A DNA stretch of 64,000 nucleotides from Gammaproteobacteria bacterium (GTDB lineage: Bacteria > Pseudomonadota > Gammaproteobacteria > Pseudomonadales > Azotimanducaceae): contig JAYQAJ010000003.1 of assembly GCA_038136775.1 (NCBI GenBank), positions 28,302 through 92,301 on the forward strand, in the 5' to 3' direction. The notes beneath the pieces are model-generated. The model had not been told where the DNA came from. It was given only the letters and a program-made list of their open reading frames with translations, and made no database searches. The position numbers were made by a program, and so were the translations under genes. Below, piece by piece: positions 21,247-33,018 of this stretch; the stretch's first letter is position 1; every line of letters begins with the position of its first letter.

Positions 21247-23469
21247 TTACAGAGACGCTAAGGCTTCGTTGAATAAAGTCGAGGGCCGCATCGCAACGGA
21301 GGCCAACTCACTGTTAGGCGCATAGTAGCCACCCACATCCACAGCATCGCCCTGAGCCGCCAGCAACTGCTCATTAATGCCCGACTCGTTCTCATCCAAG
21401 CGCTGATGTAAGCGCGCAAAGCGTTCGCGCAATTGGGCGTCCTCTTCCTGTCCAGCAAGGGCTTCGGCCCAGTATTTCGCTAAATAGAAATGACTACCGC
21501 GGTTATCAATTTCGTGCACCTTGCGAGACGGCGACTTATTACTCTCTAGGAATTTCGCAATAGCCAAATCCAATGTCGTGGCAAGCAAGCGGGCCGCGGA
21601 GTTATCGTAGGTATTCGCAAGATGTTCCAGAGACGCTGCTAAAGCTAAGAACTCTCCTAGACTGTCCCAACGCAAGTGCCCTTCTGCCTCCAACTGCTGC
21701 ACATGTTTAGGTGCAGAACCACCCGCACCCGTTTCAAACAATCCACCGCCGTTAATAAGAGGGACTACCGAGAGCATTTTTGCGCTGGTGCCCAACTCCA
21801 TGATCGGAAACAGGTCCGTTAGGTAGTCCCGGAGAACATTGCCTGTGACAGAAATGGTGTCTTGTCCATCACGCATACGCTGCAACGAAAACTTCGTCGC
21901 TTCCGCAGGCGGCAATATGCTGTACTCCACTCCCGCCAGGTCATGCTCGGGCAAATAGGCTTCTACTTTCTTAATAAGCTCGGCATCGTGTGCGCGCTGC
22001 GCATCGAGCCAGAAAACCAGTGGCGCCCCAGTCAAACGCGCACGAGTCACTGCTAGCTTGACCCAATCTCGTACTGGCTCGTCTTTGACTCGGCACAGGC
22101 GCCAAATGTCATTTTCCTCAACAGCATGGCTCAACAATTCTTGTCCTGCGCTATCCACTACCACCATGACACCAGCACCCGGCGCTTCGAAGGTCGTATC
22201 ATGCGAGCCATATTCTTCTGCCTTTTGTGCCATCAACCCCACATTAGGAACTGACCCCAATGTTGTTGGGTCAAAGGCCCCAAAGCGTTTGCAGTCCTCT
22301 ATGACCGCGGCGTAAACGCCCGCATAGCAGCGATCAGGAATAACCGCTTTCATATCGTGAAGCCCATCGTCAGCGCCCCACATTTTTCCAGATTCACGAA
22401 TTGCCGCTGGCATCGAGGCATCAATGATCACGTCGCTGGGCACGTGCAAATTGGTAATGCCCTTGTAGGAGTTAACCATGGCGAGTGCCGGGCCGTTTTC
22501 CAAACAAGCATCCAAGTCTGCTTGAATTTGCGCGCATTGCTCTGCTGGTAAGCTCTGTATTTTGTCGTAGGCATCGCCCACACCGTTATTCGGATCCACG
22601 CCCAACTCATTAAAAACGCTTTCGTGCGCTTGAAATGCAGCGCCGTAGTAAGAACGTACCGCGTGGCCAAAAATAATCGGGTCAGACACCTTCATCATGG
22701 TGGCTTTGAGATGCAGTGAAAATAAAACACCCGGCTCTGTGCTGGCAATTTGCTCAGCAAAAAACTCGCACAGCTTGTTCTTATTAAGGGTTGCGGCATC
22801 CACCAACTCACCACTTTCTACTGCCAAACCGTCAGCAAGGGTTTGAGCAGCACCATCGGCCGCTTTAAAGATCACTGTCAAAGTGTCGTCTTTGGTCATG
22901 GCAACCGACTGTTCAGAACTGTAGAAATCGCCGTCCTGCATGTGCGCAACATGCGATTTGGAGTCACTGGACCATTCACCCATCGAATGCGGATGCTTCT
23001 TTGCAAACATTTTTACCGATGCCGGTGCCCTGCGATCTGAATTTCCTTCGCGCAGCACTGGATTAACCGCGCTGCCTTTAACTCGGTCGTAACGTGCCTT
23101 TACGTCGGCTTCGGTATCGTTTTGCGGTTCCTCAGGATAGTCTGGAAGATCGTAACCTTGATCTTGCAACTCTTTGATCGCCGCGTGCATTTGCGGGTTA
23201 GACGCACTTATATTCGGGAGCTTGATGATATTGGCACCGGGATCCTGAGTAAGCTCACCCAGTTCGGCAAGATCATCAGGTATACGCTGCGCATCGGTTA
23301 AGCGCTCTGGAAAGGTCGCTAGAATGCGCCCAGCTAAAGAGATGTCTCTGGTCTCTACTTGCACGCCAGCGGCATCGGTAAAGGCCTTAATAATGGGTAA
23401 TAGCGAAAATGTCGCCAACCGAGGGGCTTCATCCGTTTCTGTGTAGATGATTTTTTGTTGGTCGCTCAT
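21247..23469 (-). CDS. idh: Monomeric NADP-dependent isocitrate dehydrogenase
   Basis: 740 aa; [59 protein letters not shown]. Confidence 0.98.
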   Translation of the reverse strand: MSDQQKIIYTETDEAPRLATFSLLPIIKAFTDAAGVQVETRDISLAGRILATFPERLTDAQRIPDDLAELGELTQDPGANIIKLPNISASNPQMHAAIKELQDQGYDLPDYPEEPQNDTEADVKARYDRVKGSAVNPVLREGNSDRRAPASVKMFAKKHPHSMGEWSSDSKSHVAHMQDGDFYSSEQSVAMTKDDTLTVIFKAADGAAQTLADGLAVESGELVDAATLNKNKLCEFFAEQIASTEPGVLFSLHLKATMMKVSDPIIFGHAVRSYYGAAFQAHESVFNELGVDPNNGVGDAYDKIQSLPAEQCAQIQADLDACLENGPALAMVNSYKGITNLHVPSDVIIDASMPAAIRESGKMWGADDGLHDMKAVIPDRCYAGVYAAVIEDCKRFGAFDPTTLGSVPNVGLMAQKAEEYGSHDTTFEAPGAGVMVVVDSAGQELLSHAVEENDIWRLCRVKDEPVRDWVKLAVTRARLTGAPLVFWLDAQRAHDAELIKKVEAYLPEHDLAGVEYSILPPAEATKFSLQRMRDGQDTISVTGNVLRDYLTDLFPIMELGTSAKMLSVVPLINGGGLFETGAGGSAPKHVQQLEAEGHLRWDSLGEFLALAASLEHLANTYDNSAARLLATTLDLAIAKFLESNKSPSRKVHEIDNRGSHFYLAKYWAEALAGQEEDAQLRERFARLHQRLDENESGINEQLLAAQGDAVDVGGYYAPNSELASVAMRPSTLFNEALASL

Positions 23470-23660
23470 AAACTACCACTGTCCTTGTCTTGGAATTGCT
23501 ATACACGCACGACGCAACGCCGTTGCCAGGCGCACGCCTACATCATTCGTCGAAAATCCCCCTTCTGCGAACGCGCTGAAATATAATCGGCGCGCCCAAA
23601 CTCTGCAACTTTCTGCCAGGTCCATTGCTGTTGCAGCACAGGTTCAAACTCTAGTTTTCT

Positions 23661-24137
23661 CTAGTTTTGCTGCCAGTTTTCCGCTCGCGTTGCGTCTTGA
23701 GCTGTGGACTCAAGCCATACCTCGCCTGCATCACTTAATTCGCGTTTCCACAAAACTGCCTTGGTTTTGAGGTAGTCCATTATGAATTCCGCCGCCGCAA
23801 AGGCAGCGTCACGATGTGCAGAGCCAACCATCACGAGCACTATTTGCTCACTGGGCTGCAACTCCCCCACCCGATGGACAACTTTTACCCAGGGAACCGG
23901 CCAGCGTTGTTGCGCCTCATCCACAATCGACGCAATACTTTTTTCTGTCATGCCGGGATAATGCTCAAGGGTCAGCGTGCTCACGGCCGAACCATCTCCT
24001 GCGATCGCGTTTCGATCACGCACCAAACCAACAAAAGTCACGATTGCACCCGCGTCACTGCCAGACGCACTGCGCATGTCGTCATAGATCTGCGCAACGC
24101 TAAAGTCTTGTTGCTGAATCACTACGCGAGAATCCAC
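23661..24137 (-). CDS. moaE: Molybdopterin synthase catalytic subunit
   Basis: GAIVTFVGLVRD, LEHYPGMTEK, HRVGEL, HRDAAF…MDYLKT…WKRE. Confidence 0.96.
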   Translation of the reverse strand: MDSRVVIQQQDFSVAQIYDDMRSASGSDAGAIVTFVGLVRDRNAIAGDGSAVSTLTLEHYPGMTEKSIASIVDEAQQRWPVPWVKVVHRVGELQPSEQIVLVMVGSAHRDAAFAAAEFIMDYLKTKAVLWKRELSDAGEVWLESTAQDATRAENWQQN

Positions 24138-24138
24138 A

Positions 24139-24381
24139 TCAGCCTCCAGTCACTGGGGGCAAGAATGCGACTTCATCGCCTCCTAACAACCGATGGTTAG
24201 CACTGACGATGTCTTGATTCACGGCTACTCGGACATTCTCCGCCCGCAACTGTGTGTAAGTTTCGGAACCCAATGTCCGCCGCAAATGCGCATATACCTG
24301 CTCTAAGTCATCAGCGGCAAACTGCAAGCTGTCAGTCCCCACAACATCACGCAGCTGAGCAAAAAATCTAATTGTAACCAT
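24139..24381 (-). CDS. moaD: Molybdopterin synthase sulfur carrier
   Basis: IRFFAQLRD…AVNQ…DEVAFLPPVTGG (C-terminal GG). Confidence 0.96.
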   Translation of the reverse strand: MVTIRFFAQLRDVVGTDSLQFAADDLEQVYAHLRRTLGSETYTQLRAENVRVAVNQDIVSANHRLLGGDEVAFLPPVTGG

Positions 24382-24896
24382 CAGCGTTGCCCATCTTTAT
24401 GTTGCGCTTCGCCTAGTTCTTGCTCACGTATCCAGTCACCGCTTTTGCCACCTGTTTTTTCTAATAATCGTACATCTTGGATGGCCATGCCTTTATCCAT
24501 GGCTTTGCACATGTCGTAGATGGTTAATGCAGCAACGCTCACAGCCGTAAGAGCTTCCATCTCAACACCTGTTTGTCCGCTTAATTTGCATAGCGCACGA
24601 ACCTCTAGCTGGGTGTCAGATAGCCGCGAAAATTCCACCTGCACCTTACTCAGAGCCAACGGATGGCACAACGGTATTAGATCCGAGCATCGTTTCGCTG
24701 CCTGAATGCCGGCAATCCGCGCGACCGCCAAAACCTCACCCTTGGCCAACTGATTGTTTTCGATCGCAGCAAGTGTCTCTGCTCGCATAGTGACCATCCC
24801 GGCAGCAAGCGCCGTGCGCTGACTAACGTCCTTATTGCCCACGTCGACCATGTTGGCCTCACCGGCTGAATTAATATGACTGAATTGTGTCGCCAT
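24381..24896 (-). CDS. moaC: Cyclic pyranopterin monophosphate synthase
   Basis: FSHI…[47 protein letters not shown]. Start reassigned to ATG 24896. Confidence 0.97.
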   Translation of the reverse strand: MATQFSHINSAGEANMVDVGNKDVSQRTALAAGMVTMRAETLAAIENNQLAKGEVLAVARIAGIQAAKRCSDLIPLCHPLALSKVQVEFSRLSDTQLEVRALCKLSGQTGVEMEALTAVSVAALTIYDMCKAMDKGMAIQDVRLLEKTGGKSGDWIREQELGEAQHKDGQR

Positions 24897-25008
24897 AGTC
24901 GTTCCAAATTTTGTGCAACTGTACCACGCAGGCCAATCTTTGACTGACCCAACCCGCCGAGTAATGTAAAATTCGACGCTTAATTCCAACGGCCCTTGCC
25001 CAACAGCC

Positions 25009-26127
25009 ATGCAATCTTCCGCTACTGAACCCAGGCAACCCTCGACGGCCACCGTCATCGTTGGCATGTCTGGTGGCGTGGACTCCTCGGTTGCCGCTTA
25101 CCTCCTGAAAAAGCAAGGCTATGCCGTTCAGGGCCTATTCATGAAAAACTGGGATGAGGACGACGGCACCGAGTACTGTACAGCGATTGCCGACCTGGAA
25201 GACGCTCAAGCGACCTGCGACCGGCTGGATATTCCCCTGCATTGTGCAAATTTTGCCGCTGAGTATTGGGACAACGTGTTTGAACATTTTTTGTCTGAAT
25301 ATCAGCAGTTACGAACACCTAATCCAGACATTCTGTGTAATCGTGAGATCAAATTCCGCCAATTCGTAGATTACGCAGAAAGCCTTGGTGCTGACTACAT
25401 TGCAACCGGTCATTACGCCAAACGCGATCAAGACAAGACTGGCTTTATTGTTAAGAAAGCGGCAGACGACAACAAAGATCAAACCTACTTTCTACAGGCA
25501 GTACCGCAACAGCAATTGCAGAAGTGTTTGTTCCCGTTAGGTGATTGGCTAAAAGACGATGTGCGCAAACTTGCTCAAGAGCTCGGCCTGCAAAACCATC
25601 GAAAGAAGGACAGCACTGGAATTTGTTTCATCGGCGAACGTCGCTTTGCAGACTTTTTAAGCACTTACATCACGGATAATCCAGGGCCAATTGTTGATGC
25701 ACAAGGCCGAGTGCTTGGCGAACACCGCGGCTTACACTACTACACCATCGGTCAGCGCCAGGGCATTAACATTGGCGGCAAGTCCGGCCGCTCTGAATCC
25801 CCTTGGTATGTGGCAGCAAAGCACCCAGGGGACAATCGCTTAGAAATCACCCAAGACGAGAATCAGCTTTGCAGTGAATGGCTACATGCCGTCGATGTAA
25901 ACTGGTTGCATAGGGTGGAGCTGCCAATTCGCTGCCAAGCAAAAGTGCGGTACCGCCAGGACGATCAAGACTGCCAAGTACAGCCAGCCTGTAACGGCCA
26001 GTTACTGGTGCAATTCGACAAACCACAACGTGCCGTCGCCGAGGGACAATACATTGCCTTCTACGACAATGACCGACTGTTGGGCGGCGGCTGTATCGAT
26101 CTCTGTCAACGAACCTTCACTTACTAA
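25009..26127 (+). CDS. mnmA: tRNA 2-thiouridine(34) synthase MnmA
   Basis: [46 protein letters not shown]. Confidence 0.98.
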   Translation: MQSSATEPRQPSTATVIVGMSGGVDSSVAAYLLKKQGYAVQGLFMKNWDEDDGTEYCTAIADLEDAQATCDRLDIPLHCANFAAEYWDNVFEHFLSEYQQLRTPNPDILCNREIKFRQFVDYAESLGADYIATGHYAKRDQDKTGFIVKKAADDNKDQTYFLQAVPQQQLQKCLFPLGDWLKDDVRKLAQELGLQNHRKKDSTGICFIGERRFADFLSTYITDNPGPIVDAQGRVLGEHRGLHYYTIGQRQGINIGGKSGRSESPWYVAAKHPGDNRLEITQDENQLCSEWLHAVDVNWLHRVELPIRCQAKVRYRQDDQDCQVQPACNGQLLVQFDKPQRAVAEGQYIAFYDNDRLLGGGCIDLCQRTFTY

Positions 26128-26148
26128 GCCACCTGGAGCCATTGGCCT

Positions 26149-27525
26149 ATGTCTCAATCTGATCCCATTCACGCAATCTCCGCCATTGACGGCCGCTATA
26201 GGAGCAAGGTCGAGGCTTTGGCCTCAATCTGCAGCGAATTCGGACTCATGAAGTTCCGCACCGAGGTGGAATGCCGTTGGGTAGCTTTTTTGGGCGATGC
26301 GCCAGAGGTCGGAGAGCTGCCAGCGTTAAGTGCGGATGACAAGCAGTTCCTAGACAACGTGATTGAGAACTTTGATGAGGCTGCCGCGTTACGCATCAAA
26401 ACATTCGAAGCTACAACAAACCATGACGTTAAAGCCGTAGAGTATTACGTAAAAGAGCGTTTCAACGAACGCGAGACACTAGCTCCGCTGAGTGAATGGA
26501 TTCACTTTGCCTGTACCTCTGAAGACATTAATAACACCGCCTATGGATTGATGGTTAAAACGGCAATCGGCGAAGTGTTGTTGCCACAAATGGATGCATT
26601 GATTGCAGCCATCGACGCATTGGCATGCGCGAATGCCGACCGCCCAATGTTGTCGCGTACGCATGGGCAAACGGCCTCACCGACTACGCTTGGCAAAGAA
26701 CTGAAAAATGTTGCAGTACGGCTGCAACGCCAACGCGAACAATTAGCATCGATACAAATTTTAGGTAAGTTCAATGGTGCGGTGGGTAACTTTAATGCGC
26801 ACCTTAGCGCCTACCCAAATATCGATTGGATCAATGTTTCTGGCGAGTTCATCAATTCGCTCGGGTTAACAAATAATCCTTGGACCACTCAAATTGAGCC
26901 CCACGATTACATTGCCGAGCTGTTCCATTGTCTGATGCGCTTTAATCAAATCCTGCTGGATTTTGATCGCGACATTTGGGCCTATATTTCTAATGACTAT
27001 TTCAAGCAACGCAAAGTCGAAGGCGAAACAGGCTCTTCAACGATGCCGCACAAAATCAACCCAATTGATTTTGAAAACTCCGAAGGCAATGTCGGAATGG
27101 CTAACGCCATGCTGGCACATATGGCAGACAAACTGCCGGTGTCGCGTTGGCAGCGTGATCTATCGGATTCAACCGTCTTGCGCAATATCGGCAGCGCCTT
27201 CGCGCACTGCGGCATCGCCTATCAAGCGACGGTCAAAGGCTTATCGCGGCTGGACGTGAACGGCGACGTCATCGCTGCTGATCTTGCCCAAAGCTGGGAG
27301 GTCTTGGCTGAACCCGTGCAAACGGTGATGCGCAAGTATGGAATCGCCGAACCTTATGAAAAGCTGAAAGCCGCAACCCGTGGACGGCGTTTGTCCGAAC
27401 AACTGTTCGCGGAACTGCTCGACGAATTGCAGTTACCTGAGGCCGCGGTAACCGAGCTGCGCGATCTCACACCCGAGCGCTATGTCGGCCTCGCCAAGGC
27501 TCTAACCGAAAAACCTTTCGTCTGA
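26149..27525 (+). CDS. purB: Adenylosuccinate lyase
   Basis: AISAIDGRY, TNHDVKAVEY, RTHGQTASPTT, GSSTMPHKINPIDFEN. Confidence 0.98.
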   Translation: MSQSDPIHAISAIDGRYRSKVEALASICSEFGLMKFRTEVECRWVAFLGDAPEVGELPALSADDKQFLDNVIENFDEAAALRIKTFEATTNHDVKAVEYYVKERFNERETLAPLSEWIHFACTSEDINNTAYGLMVKTAIGEVLLPQMDALIAAIDALACANADRPMLSRTHGQTASPTTLGKELKNVAVRLQRQREQLASIQILGKFNGAVGNFNAHLSAYPNIDWINVSGEFINSLGLTNNPWTTQIEPHDYIAELFHCLMRFNQILLDFDRDIWAYISNDYFKQRKVEGETGSSTMPHKINPIDFENSEGNVGMANAMLAHMADKLPVSRWQRDLSDSTVLRNIGSAFAHCGIAYQATVKGLSRLDVNGDVIAADLAQSWEVLAEPVQTVMRKYGIAEPYEKLKAATRGRRLSEQLFAELLDELQLPEAAVTELRDLTPERYVGLAKALTEKPFV

Positions 27526-27535
27526 CAACGACGCA

Positions 27536-27958
27536 ATGACCAAAGTCACCGAAGTTACCTGGAGCACCCACAGCGAAGCGCTGATGGCGCTGCGTATGCA
27601 GGTATTTGTCCACGAGCAAGGCATTGCACTAGACGATGAGTTGGATCCGAATGATCCAAAGCACCGTCACTTTCTGGCATTTGAGAAACCAACAATGCCG
27701 ATTGGCTGCGGCCGCCTAACCGCCAAAGGTCAAATCGGTCGAATGGCCGTGCTGTCCGAGCATCGAAGCCAAGGAGTTGGTACCGCGCTATTGCACAACA
27801 TTGTCGCTGCGGCTCAGGATGCCGGTGCCGACGGCGTTTTTTTGCATGCTCAAAAAGATGCGGAACGGTTTTATGCCAAGCTAGGTTTCACAGCGACCGG
27901 CGAAAACTTCATCGAAGCTGGCATAAGCCACATTACCATGCGCAGAGCGCTGGCTTAG
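27536..27958 (+). CDS. GNAT N-acetyltransferase (YjcF/ElaA-like)
   Basis: LRMQVFVHEQG, IGRMAV…RSQGVG, LHAQ…FY…LGF…F.EAGI.H. Confidence 0.9.
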   Translation: MTKVTEVTWSTHSEALMALRMQVFVHEQGIALDDELDPNDPKHRHFLAFEKPTMPIGCGRLTAKGQIGRMAVLSEHRSQGVGTALLHNIVAAAQDAGADGVFLHAQKDAERFYAKLGFTATGENFIEAGISHITMRRALA

Positions 27959-27977
27959 AACATTACCGAGGGGAACT

Positions 27978-30578
27978 ATGAACTCACAATTTCGCACGTC
28001 ATTACCAGGCACGGATCTAGACTACTTTGATGCCGAAGCGGCCGTGAATGCGCTCACACCCGGTGCATACGCACGCCTGCCCTATACGGCAAAAGTTTTA
28101 GCCGAAAACTTAGTACGTCGTTGCGAGCCCGAAGCTTTGAATCCTGCTCTTGGCCAGCTCATCGAACGCAAACGCGACCTGGACTTTCCATGGTTCCCGG
28201 CACGGGTGGTATGTCATGACATTCTTGGCCAAACCGCCCTCGTCGATCTAGCCGGCCTTCGAGACGCGATTGCAGCAAAAGGCGGCGATCCAGCAGAGGT
28301 CAACCCTGTAGTACCGACGCAGCTCATTGTCGACCACTCCCTTGCTGTGGAACACGCTGGCTTTGAAAAAGATGCCTTTGAAAAGAATAGAGCGATTGAA
28401 GATCGCCGAAACGACGACCGCTTCCACTTCATAAATTGGACTAAAACCGCATTCAAAAATGTCGATGTCATCCCTCCCGGCAATGGCATCATGCACCAGA
28501 TAAACCTTGAACGAATGTCTCCAGTGGTGCACGCCCAAGACGGCGTGGCCTTTCCAGACACCCTCGTAGGCACCGACAGCCACACCCCACATGTTGATGC
28601 ATTAGGCGTTATCGCTATTGGCGTAGGAGGCCTAGAGGCCGAGAGTGTCATGTTAGGACGAGCTTCGTATATGCGACTGCCAGATATTGTTGGCGTCGAA
28701 CTCACTGGAGAGCGACAACCAGGCATTACCGCCACCGACATCGTACTAGCCCTCACCGAATTTCTGCGTAACGAAGGCGTGGTTTCCACCTATCTCGAGT
28801 TCTTCGGCAGCGGCGCTTCAGCATTGACCCTTGGGGACCGAGCAACCATCTCCAATATGACTCCGGAATTCGGCGCCACCGCGGCAATGTTTTATATCGA
28901 CCAACATACCTTGGACTATCTACGCCTTACCGGCCGCGAGGAACATCAAGTTCAGTTAGTAGAAAACTACGCGAAACGAACCGGACTCTGGGCAGATGCT
29001 ATGGCGGATGCCGACTATGAACGTGTCCTGCGTTTTGATCTGTCCCGTGTATGCCGCAACATCGCAGGACCCTCCAACCCGCACCGCCGAGTACCCACCA
29101 GCGAGTTGGCGGCACAGGGCATCAGCGGCGAGGTCGAACAAAACGAGGGGCAAATGCCCGATGGGGCGGTAATCATTGCCGCCATCACCAGTTGCACCAA
29201 CACCAGTAATCCTCGAAATGTGATCGCCGCTGCTTTGCTTGCACGCAATGCCAACGCTCGCGGCCTTACCCGCAAACCCTGGGTTAAAACCTCTTTAGCA
29301 CCCGGTTCCAAAGCCGTACAACTTTATCTGGAGGAGGCTAATCTGCTGCCAGAACTTGAGCAGTTGGGCTTCGGCATTGTGGCGTTCGCCTGCACCACTT
29401 GTAATGGAATGAGCGGCGCCCTAGACCCGGTGATACAAGACGAAATTATTTCTCGCGACCTTTATGCCACCGCCGTCTTGTCTGGCAATCGAAACTTCGA
29501 TGGGCGCATCCACCCCCACGCCAAACAAGCCTTTCTTGCCTCGCCACCCTTGGTCGTAGCCTACGCCATAGCCGGCACCATACGCTTTGATATTGAACGA
29601 GATATTCTTGGCACCGATCAAAACGGCAAACCGGTTCTGCTTGCGGATATTTGGCCAAGCGATGAAGAAATCGATGCCATCGTCAACCAGGCAGTCAAAC
29701 CGGAACAATTCAGTGCCGTTTACGATCCGATGTTTGTTTCCCTCAAGGACGTGACCGAGCAAACCGATCCGCTCTACCAGTGGCGCGAGCAAAGTACCTA
29801 CATCCGCCGCCCGCCCTATTGGGAAGGCGCGTTGGCCGGCGAGCGCACGCTTAGCGGCATGCGCCCGCTTGCGGTGCTTGGTGACAACATCACTACGGAC
29901 CACTTATCGCCGTCAAACGCCATATTGTTAAACAGCGCTGCTGGTGAGTATTTACACAGCATGGGATTGCCAGAAGAAGACTTCAACTCCTATGCAACCC
30001 ATCGAGGTGACCACCTAACCGCACAGCGCGCTACGTTCGCCAATCCAAAGCTGCTAAACGAGATGGTACAGAGTGACGACGGTTCCACTCAGCAGGGCTC
30101 GCTGGCGCGAATCGAGCCAGAAGGCGACGTCGTGCGTATGTGGGAAGCTATTGAAACCTACATGCAACGAAAACAGCCTCTGATCATTGTGGCGGGCAAA
30201 GACTATGGCCAAGGATCTTCTCGGGATTGGGCTGCCAAAGGCGTAAGACTCGCTGGCGTAGAGGCCATTGTTGCCGAAGGATTTGAACGTATTCATCGCA
30301 CCAACTTGGTGGGTATGGGTGTATTGCCACTGGAATTTGTAGACGGCGACAGTCGTCAGAGCTACCAAATTGACGGCAGCGAATGCTTCGATGTGGTTGG
30401 CCAGGTCAGTCCTGGTGCGCAACTGCAACTTGATATGACTCGGCGCAACGGCGAATCCGTCACCATTCCAGTGCGCTGTCGCCTAGACACCGCAGAAGAA
30501 GTCTCAATTTATAACGCAGGTGGCGTATTACAGCGTTTTGCTGAAGACTTCTTACAAAGTAACCAAGCGGCCTCTTAA
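27978..30578 (+). CDS. acnD: Fe/S-dependent 2-methylisocitrate dehydratase AcnD
   Basis: RVVCHDILGQTALVDLAGLRD, GTDSHT, ITSCTNTSNPRN, ACTTCNGMSG, TDHLSPS; adjacent to prpF. Confidence 0.97.
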   Translation: MNSQFRTSLPGTDLDYFDAEAAVNALTPGAYARLPYTAKVLAENLVRRCEPEALNPALGQLIERKRDLDFPWFPARVVCHDILGQTALVDLAGLRDAIAAKGGDPAEVNPVVPTQLIVDHSLAVEHAGFEKDAFEKNRAIEDRRNDDRFHFINWTKTAFKNVDVIPPGNGIMHQINLERMSPVVHAQDGVAFPDTLVGTDSHTPHVDALGVIAIGVGGLEAESVMLGRASYMRLPDIVGVELTGERQPGITATDIVLALTEFLRNEGVVSTYLEFFGSGASALTLGDRATISNMTPEFGATAAMFYIDQHTLDYLRLTGREEHQVQLVENYAKRTGLWADAMADADYERVLRFDLSRVCRNIAGPSNPHRRVPTSELAAQGISGEVEQNEGQMPDGAVIIAAITSCTNTSNPRNVIAAALLARNANARGLTRKPWVKTSLAPGSKAVQLYLEEANLLPELEQLGFGIVAFACTTCNGMSGALDPVIQDEIISRDLYATAVLSGNRNFDGRIHPHAKQAFLASPPLVVAYAIAGTIRFDIERDILGTDQNGKPVLLADIWPSDEEIDAIVNQAVKPEQFSAVYDPMFVSLKDVTEQTDPLYQWREQSTYIRRPPYWEGALAGERTLSGMRPLAVLGDNITTDHLSPSNAILLNSAAGEYLHSMGLPEEDFNSYATHRGDHLTAQRATFANPKLLNEMVQSDDGSTQQGSLARIEPEGDVVRMWEAIETYMQRKQPLIIVAGKDYGQGSSRDWAAKGVRLAGVEAIVAEGFERIHRTNLVGMGVLPLEFVDGDSRQSYQIDGSECFDVVGQVSPGAQLQLDMTRRNGESVTIPVRCRLDTAEEVSIYNAGGVLQRFAEDFLQSNQAAS

Positions 30579-30595
30579 ACAAGGATCTTGCCTAA

Positions 30596-31786
30596 ATGGA
30601 TACGCTAGATAAATTTCCGCCACAGTTGGCTGTCCGCGCAACCTACATGCGCGGCGGCACGAGTAAGGGGGTCTTTTTCAACAGCGCCGATCTGCCTGCC
30701 GCTGCTCAGAGCCCAGGCGCCGAGCGTGACGCCCTGCTGCAACGCATAATCGGCAGTCCAGACCCTTATGAAAAACAGATAGACGGTATGGGTGGTGCTA
30801 CTTCAAGCACGAGCAAAACCGTCATTATTGGTCCGAGTACACAGCCCGACCACGACATCGACTATTTGTTCGGCCAGGTGGCTATCGATCAAGACTTTGT
30901 TGACTGGAGTGGCAACTGCGGCAACCTCTCTGCAGCAGTAGGCCCATTTGCAATTGAGCAAGGGCTTGTAGAGTCGGCGCGAATCCCGGAAAACGGCGTC
31001 GCCAAAGTGCGCATTTGGCAAGCAAACATCAACAAGACCATCGTTGCCCATGTACCCATCACAGAAGGTCGCGTGCAAGAAACCGGCGATTTTGAACTAG
31101 ATGGTGTCACCTTTCCCGCGGCTGAGGTGGCATTAGACTTCATGCAGCCAGTGGACACCGAACGAGAGGCACTGTTCCCAACCGGTAGCTTAGTGGACCC
31201 ACTCGAAGTGCCAGGAATCGGCATTCTTGATGCCACGATGATCAATGCAGGTATACCGACAATTTTTATAAATGCCGAAGCCATCGGCTATCGAGGTACC
31301 GAGCTACAAGCGGATATCAATTCCGACGCTGACGCGTTGGCTAAGTTCGAACGCATCCGCACCGCTGGCGCTATGGCCATGGGCCTGATTAAAAGCCCAG
31401 AGGAAGCTGAAGCGCGCCAGCACACCCCCAAGGTTGCATTTGTGGCGCCAGCCCAAAGTTATACCGCATCAAGTGGGAAGCCTGTGCCAGCAGAGCAAAT
31501 TGATTTGTTAGTGCGCGCCTTGTCCATGGGCAAGCTGCATCACGCAATGATGGGCACCGCTGCCGTCGCTATTGGTGCCGCTGCTGCGGTGCCTGGCACA
31601 TTAGTTAATGTTGCTGCAGGCGGTGGCGAACGTAATAGCGTCGCGTTCGGTCACCCTTCTGGGACCCTACGTGTCGGGGCTGTGGCAGAACATTTGGCTA
31701 ACGGCTGGACCATTCATCAGGCCAGCATGAGCCGCAGTGCACGAGTCCTTATGGAAGGTACAGTCCGCGTTCCCCAAAGTCGCTAG
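30596..31786 (+). CDS. prpF: 2-methylaconitate cis-trans isomerase PrpF
   Basis: TYMRGGTSKGVFF, QIDGMGGATSSTSK, DWSGNCGNL, SMGKLHHAMMGT. Confidence 0.97.
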   Translation: MDTLDKFPPQLAVRATYMRGGTSKGVFFNSADLPAAAQSPGAERDALLQRIIGSPDPYEKQIDGMGGATSSTSKTVIIGPSTQPDHDIDYLFGQVAIDQDFVDWSGNCGNLSAAVGPFAIEQGLVESARIPENGVAKVRIWQANINKTIVAHVPITEGRVQETGDFELDGVTFPAAEVALDFMQPVDTEREALFPTGSLVDPLEVPGIGILDATMINAGIPTIFINAEAIGYRGTELQADINSDADALAKFERIRTAGAMAMGLIKSPEEAEARQHTPKVAFVAPAQSYTASSGKPVPAEQIDLLVRALSMGKLHHAMMGTAAVAIGAAAAVPGTLVNVAAGGGERNSVAFGHPSGTLRVGAVAEHLANGWTIHQASMSRSARVLMEGTVRVPQSR

Positions 31787-31826
31787 CGACCGTCGAACGC
31801 GAACTGCTTATCGTTACCTGTACTGA

Positions 31827-32951
31827 TCAGCGATCAGCGATCGGCGTCACTGCACGAGGGTCGGCGCCAACATAGTCGGCACTAGGACGAATAATCCGAT
31901 TGTTTTCGCGCTGCTCCATAACATGGGCGGTCCAGCCCGAAACCCGCGAGCAAACAAAAATCGGCGTAAATAGCTTGGTAGGAATCCCCATGGCGTTGTA
32001 AGCCGACGCATGAAAGAAATCAGCATTAGCGAACAGTTCTTTTTCATCCCACATGAGCTTTTCAATGGCACAAGAAACGGGATACAACACCGTGTCGCCC
32101 ACATCCGTTGCAAGCTTTTCAGCCCACTGCTTAATAATGACATTGCGAGGATCGCTGGTGCGATAAATTGCATGACCAAATCCCATGATTTTATCTTTGC
32201 GCTCCAACATACCGCGGACGCCTTCCGTGGCTTCTTCAGGTGATGAGAATTTCTCAATAAGCTCCATTGCCGCCTCATTCGCGCCACCATGCAAAGGACC
32301 GCGCAGTGAGCCAATAGCACCAGTCACACAAGAATGCATATCCGACAACGTTGAGGCACAGACTCTGGCCGTGAAGGTTGATGCATTGAATTCATGTTCT
32401 GCATAGAGGATCAGCGACGTGTCCATCACGCGCTGATGCAGTTCGTTGGGCGACTCGCCACTGAGCGTGCGTAAAAAATGACCGGCAAGAGATGGCTCAT
32501 CCGTCGCCGTATCAATGCGGACGCCGTCGTGACTGAAGCGATACCAATAGTTGATGATTCCAGGCAAAGCACCAAGCAAGCGGTCTGCCGCTTGTTGTTG
32601 ATTACTGAAGTCACCCTCTGGTTCCAAATTGCCCAACATCGAGCAGCCAGTGCGCATTACATCCATGGGATGCGCTGATGCAGGAATACGTTCAAGCACT
32701 TCCAACAACGTGGCGGGCAGTTCGCGGTTGGCAATAAGCAGCTTTCGATAATCATCAAGCTCTTGCTGGTTAGGCAAGTGACCATGAAAAATCAAAAAAG
32801 CCACTTCTTCGAAGCAGGTGTTTTCAGCCAAGTCAGTGATGTCGTAGCCCCGATAGGTGAGACCTGTACCCGACACGCCCACGGTACAGAGCGCCGTGCT
32901 ACCAGCACTTTGTCCGCGCAATCCTGCGCCACCTAATTTTTTATCAACCAT
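31827..32951 (-). CDS. prpC: 2-methylcitrate synthase
   Basis: GAGLRGQSAGSTAL, YAEHEFNASTF, GPLHGGANE, MGFGHAIY, FANADFF. Confidence 0.97.
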   Translation of the reverse strand: MVDKKLGGAGLRGQSAGSTALCTVGVSGTGLTYRGYDITDLAENTCFEEVAFLIFHGHLPNQQELDDYRKLLIANRELPATLLEVLERIPASAHPMDVMRTGCSMLGNLEPEGDFSNQQQAADRLLGALPGIINYWYRFSHDGVRIDTATDEPSLAGHFLRTLSGESPNELHQRVMDTSLILYAEHEFNASTFTARVCASTLSDMHSCVTGAIGSLRGPLHGGANEAAMELIEKFSSPEEATEGVRGMLERKDKIMGFGHAIYRTSDPRNVIIKQWAEKLATDVGDTVLYPVSCAIEKLMWDEKELFANADFFHASAYNAMGIPTKLFTPIFVCSRVSGWTAHVMEQRENNRIIRPSADYVGADPRAVTPIADR

Positions 32952-33018
32952 AACGAGTTCTCCTTCCTTGTCCTTTAACGACCGAGCTTAGCCCACCTAC
33001 TTTATTCGTTGAACCGAT

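Noticed and set aside
31825-31842. gatcagc tandem repeat at the prpC stop
   Set aside because: Only 7 bp x2.5; compatible with chance or local slippage, with no evident consequence.
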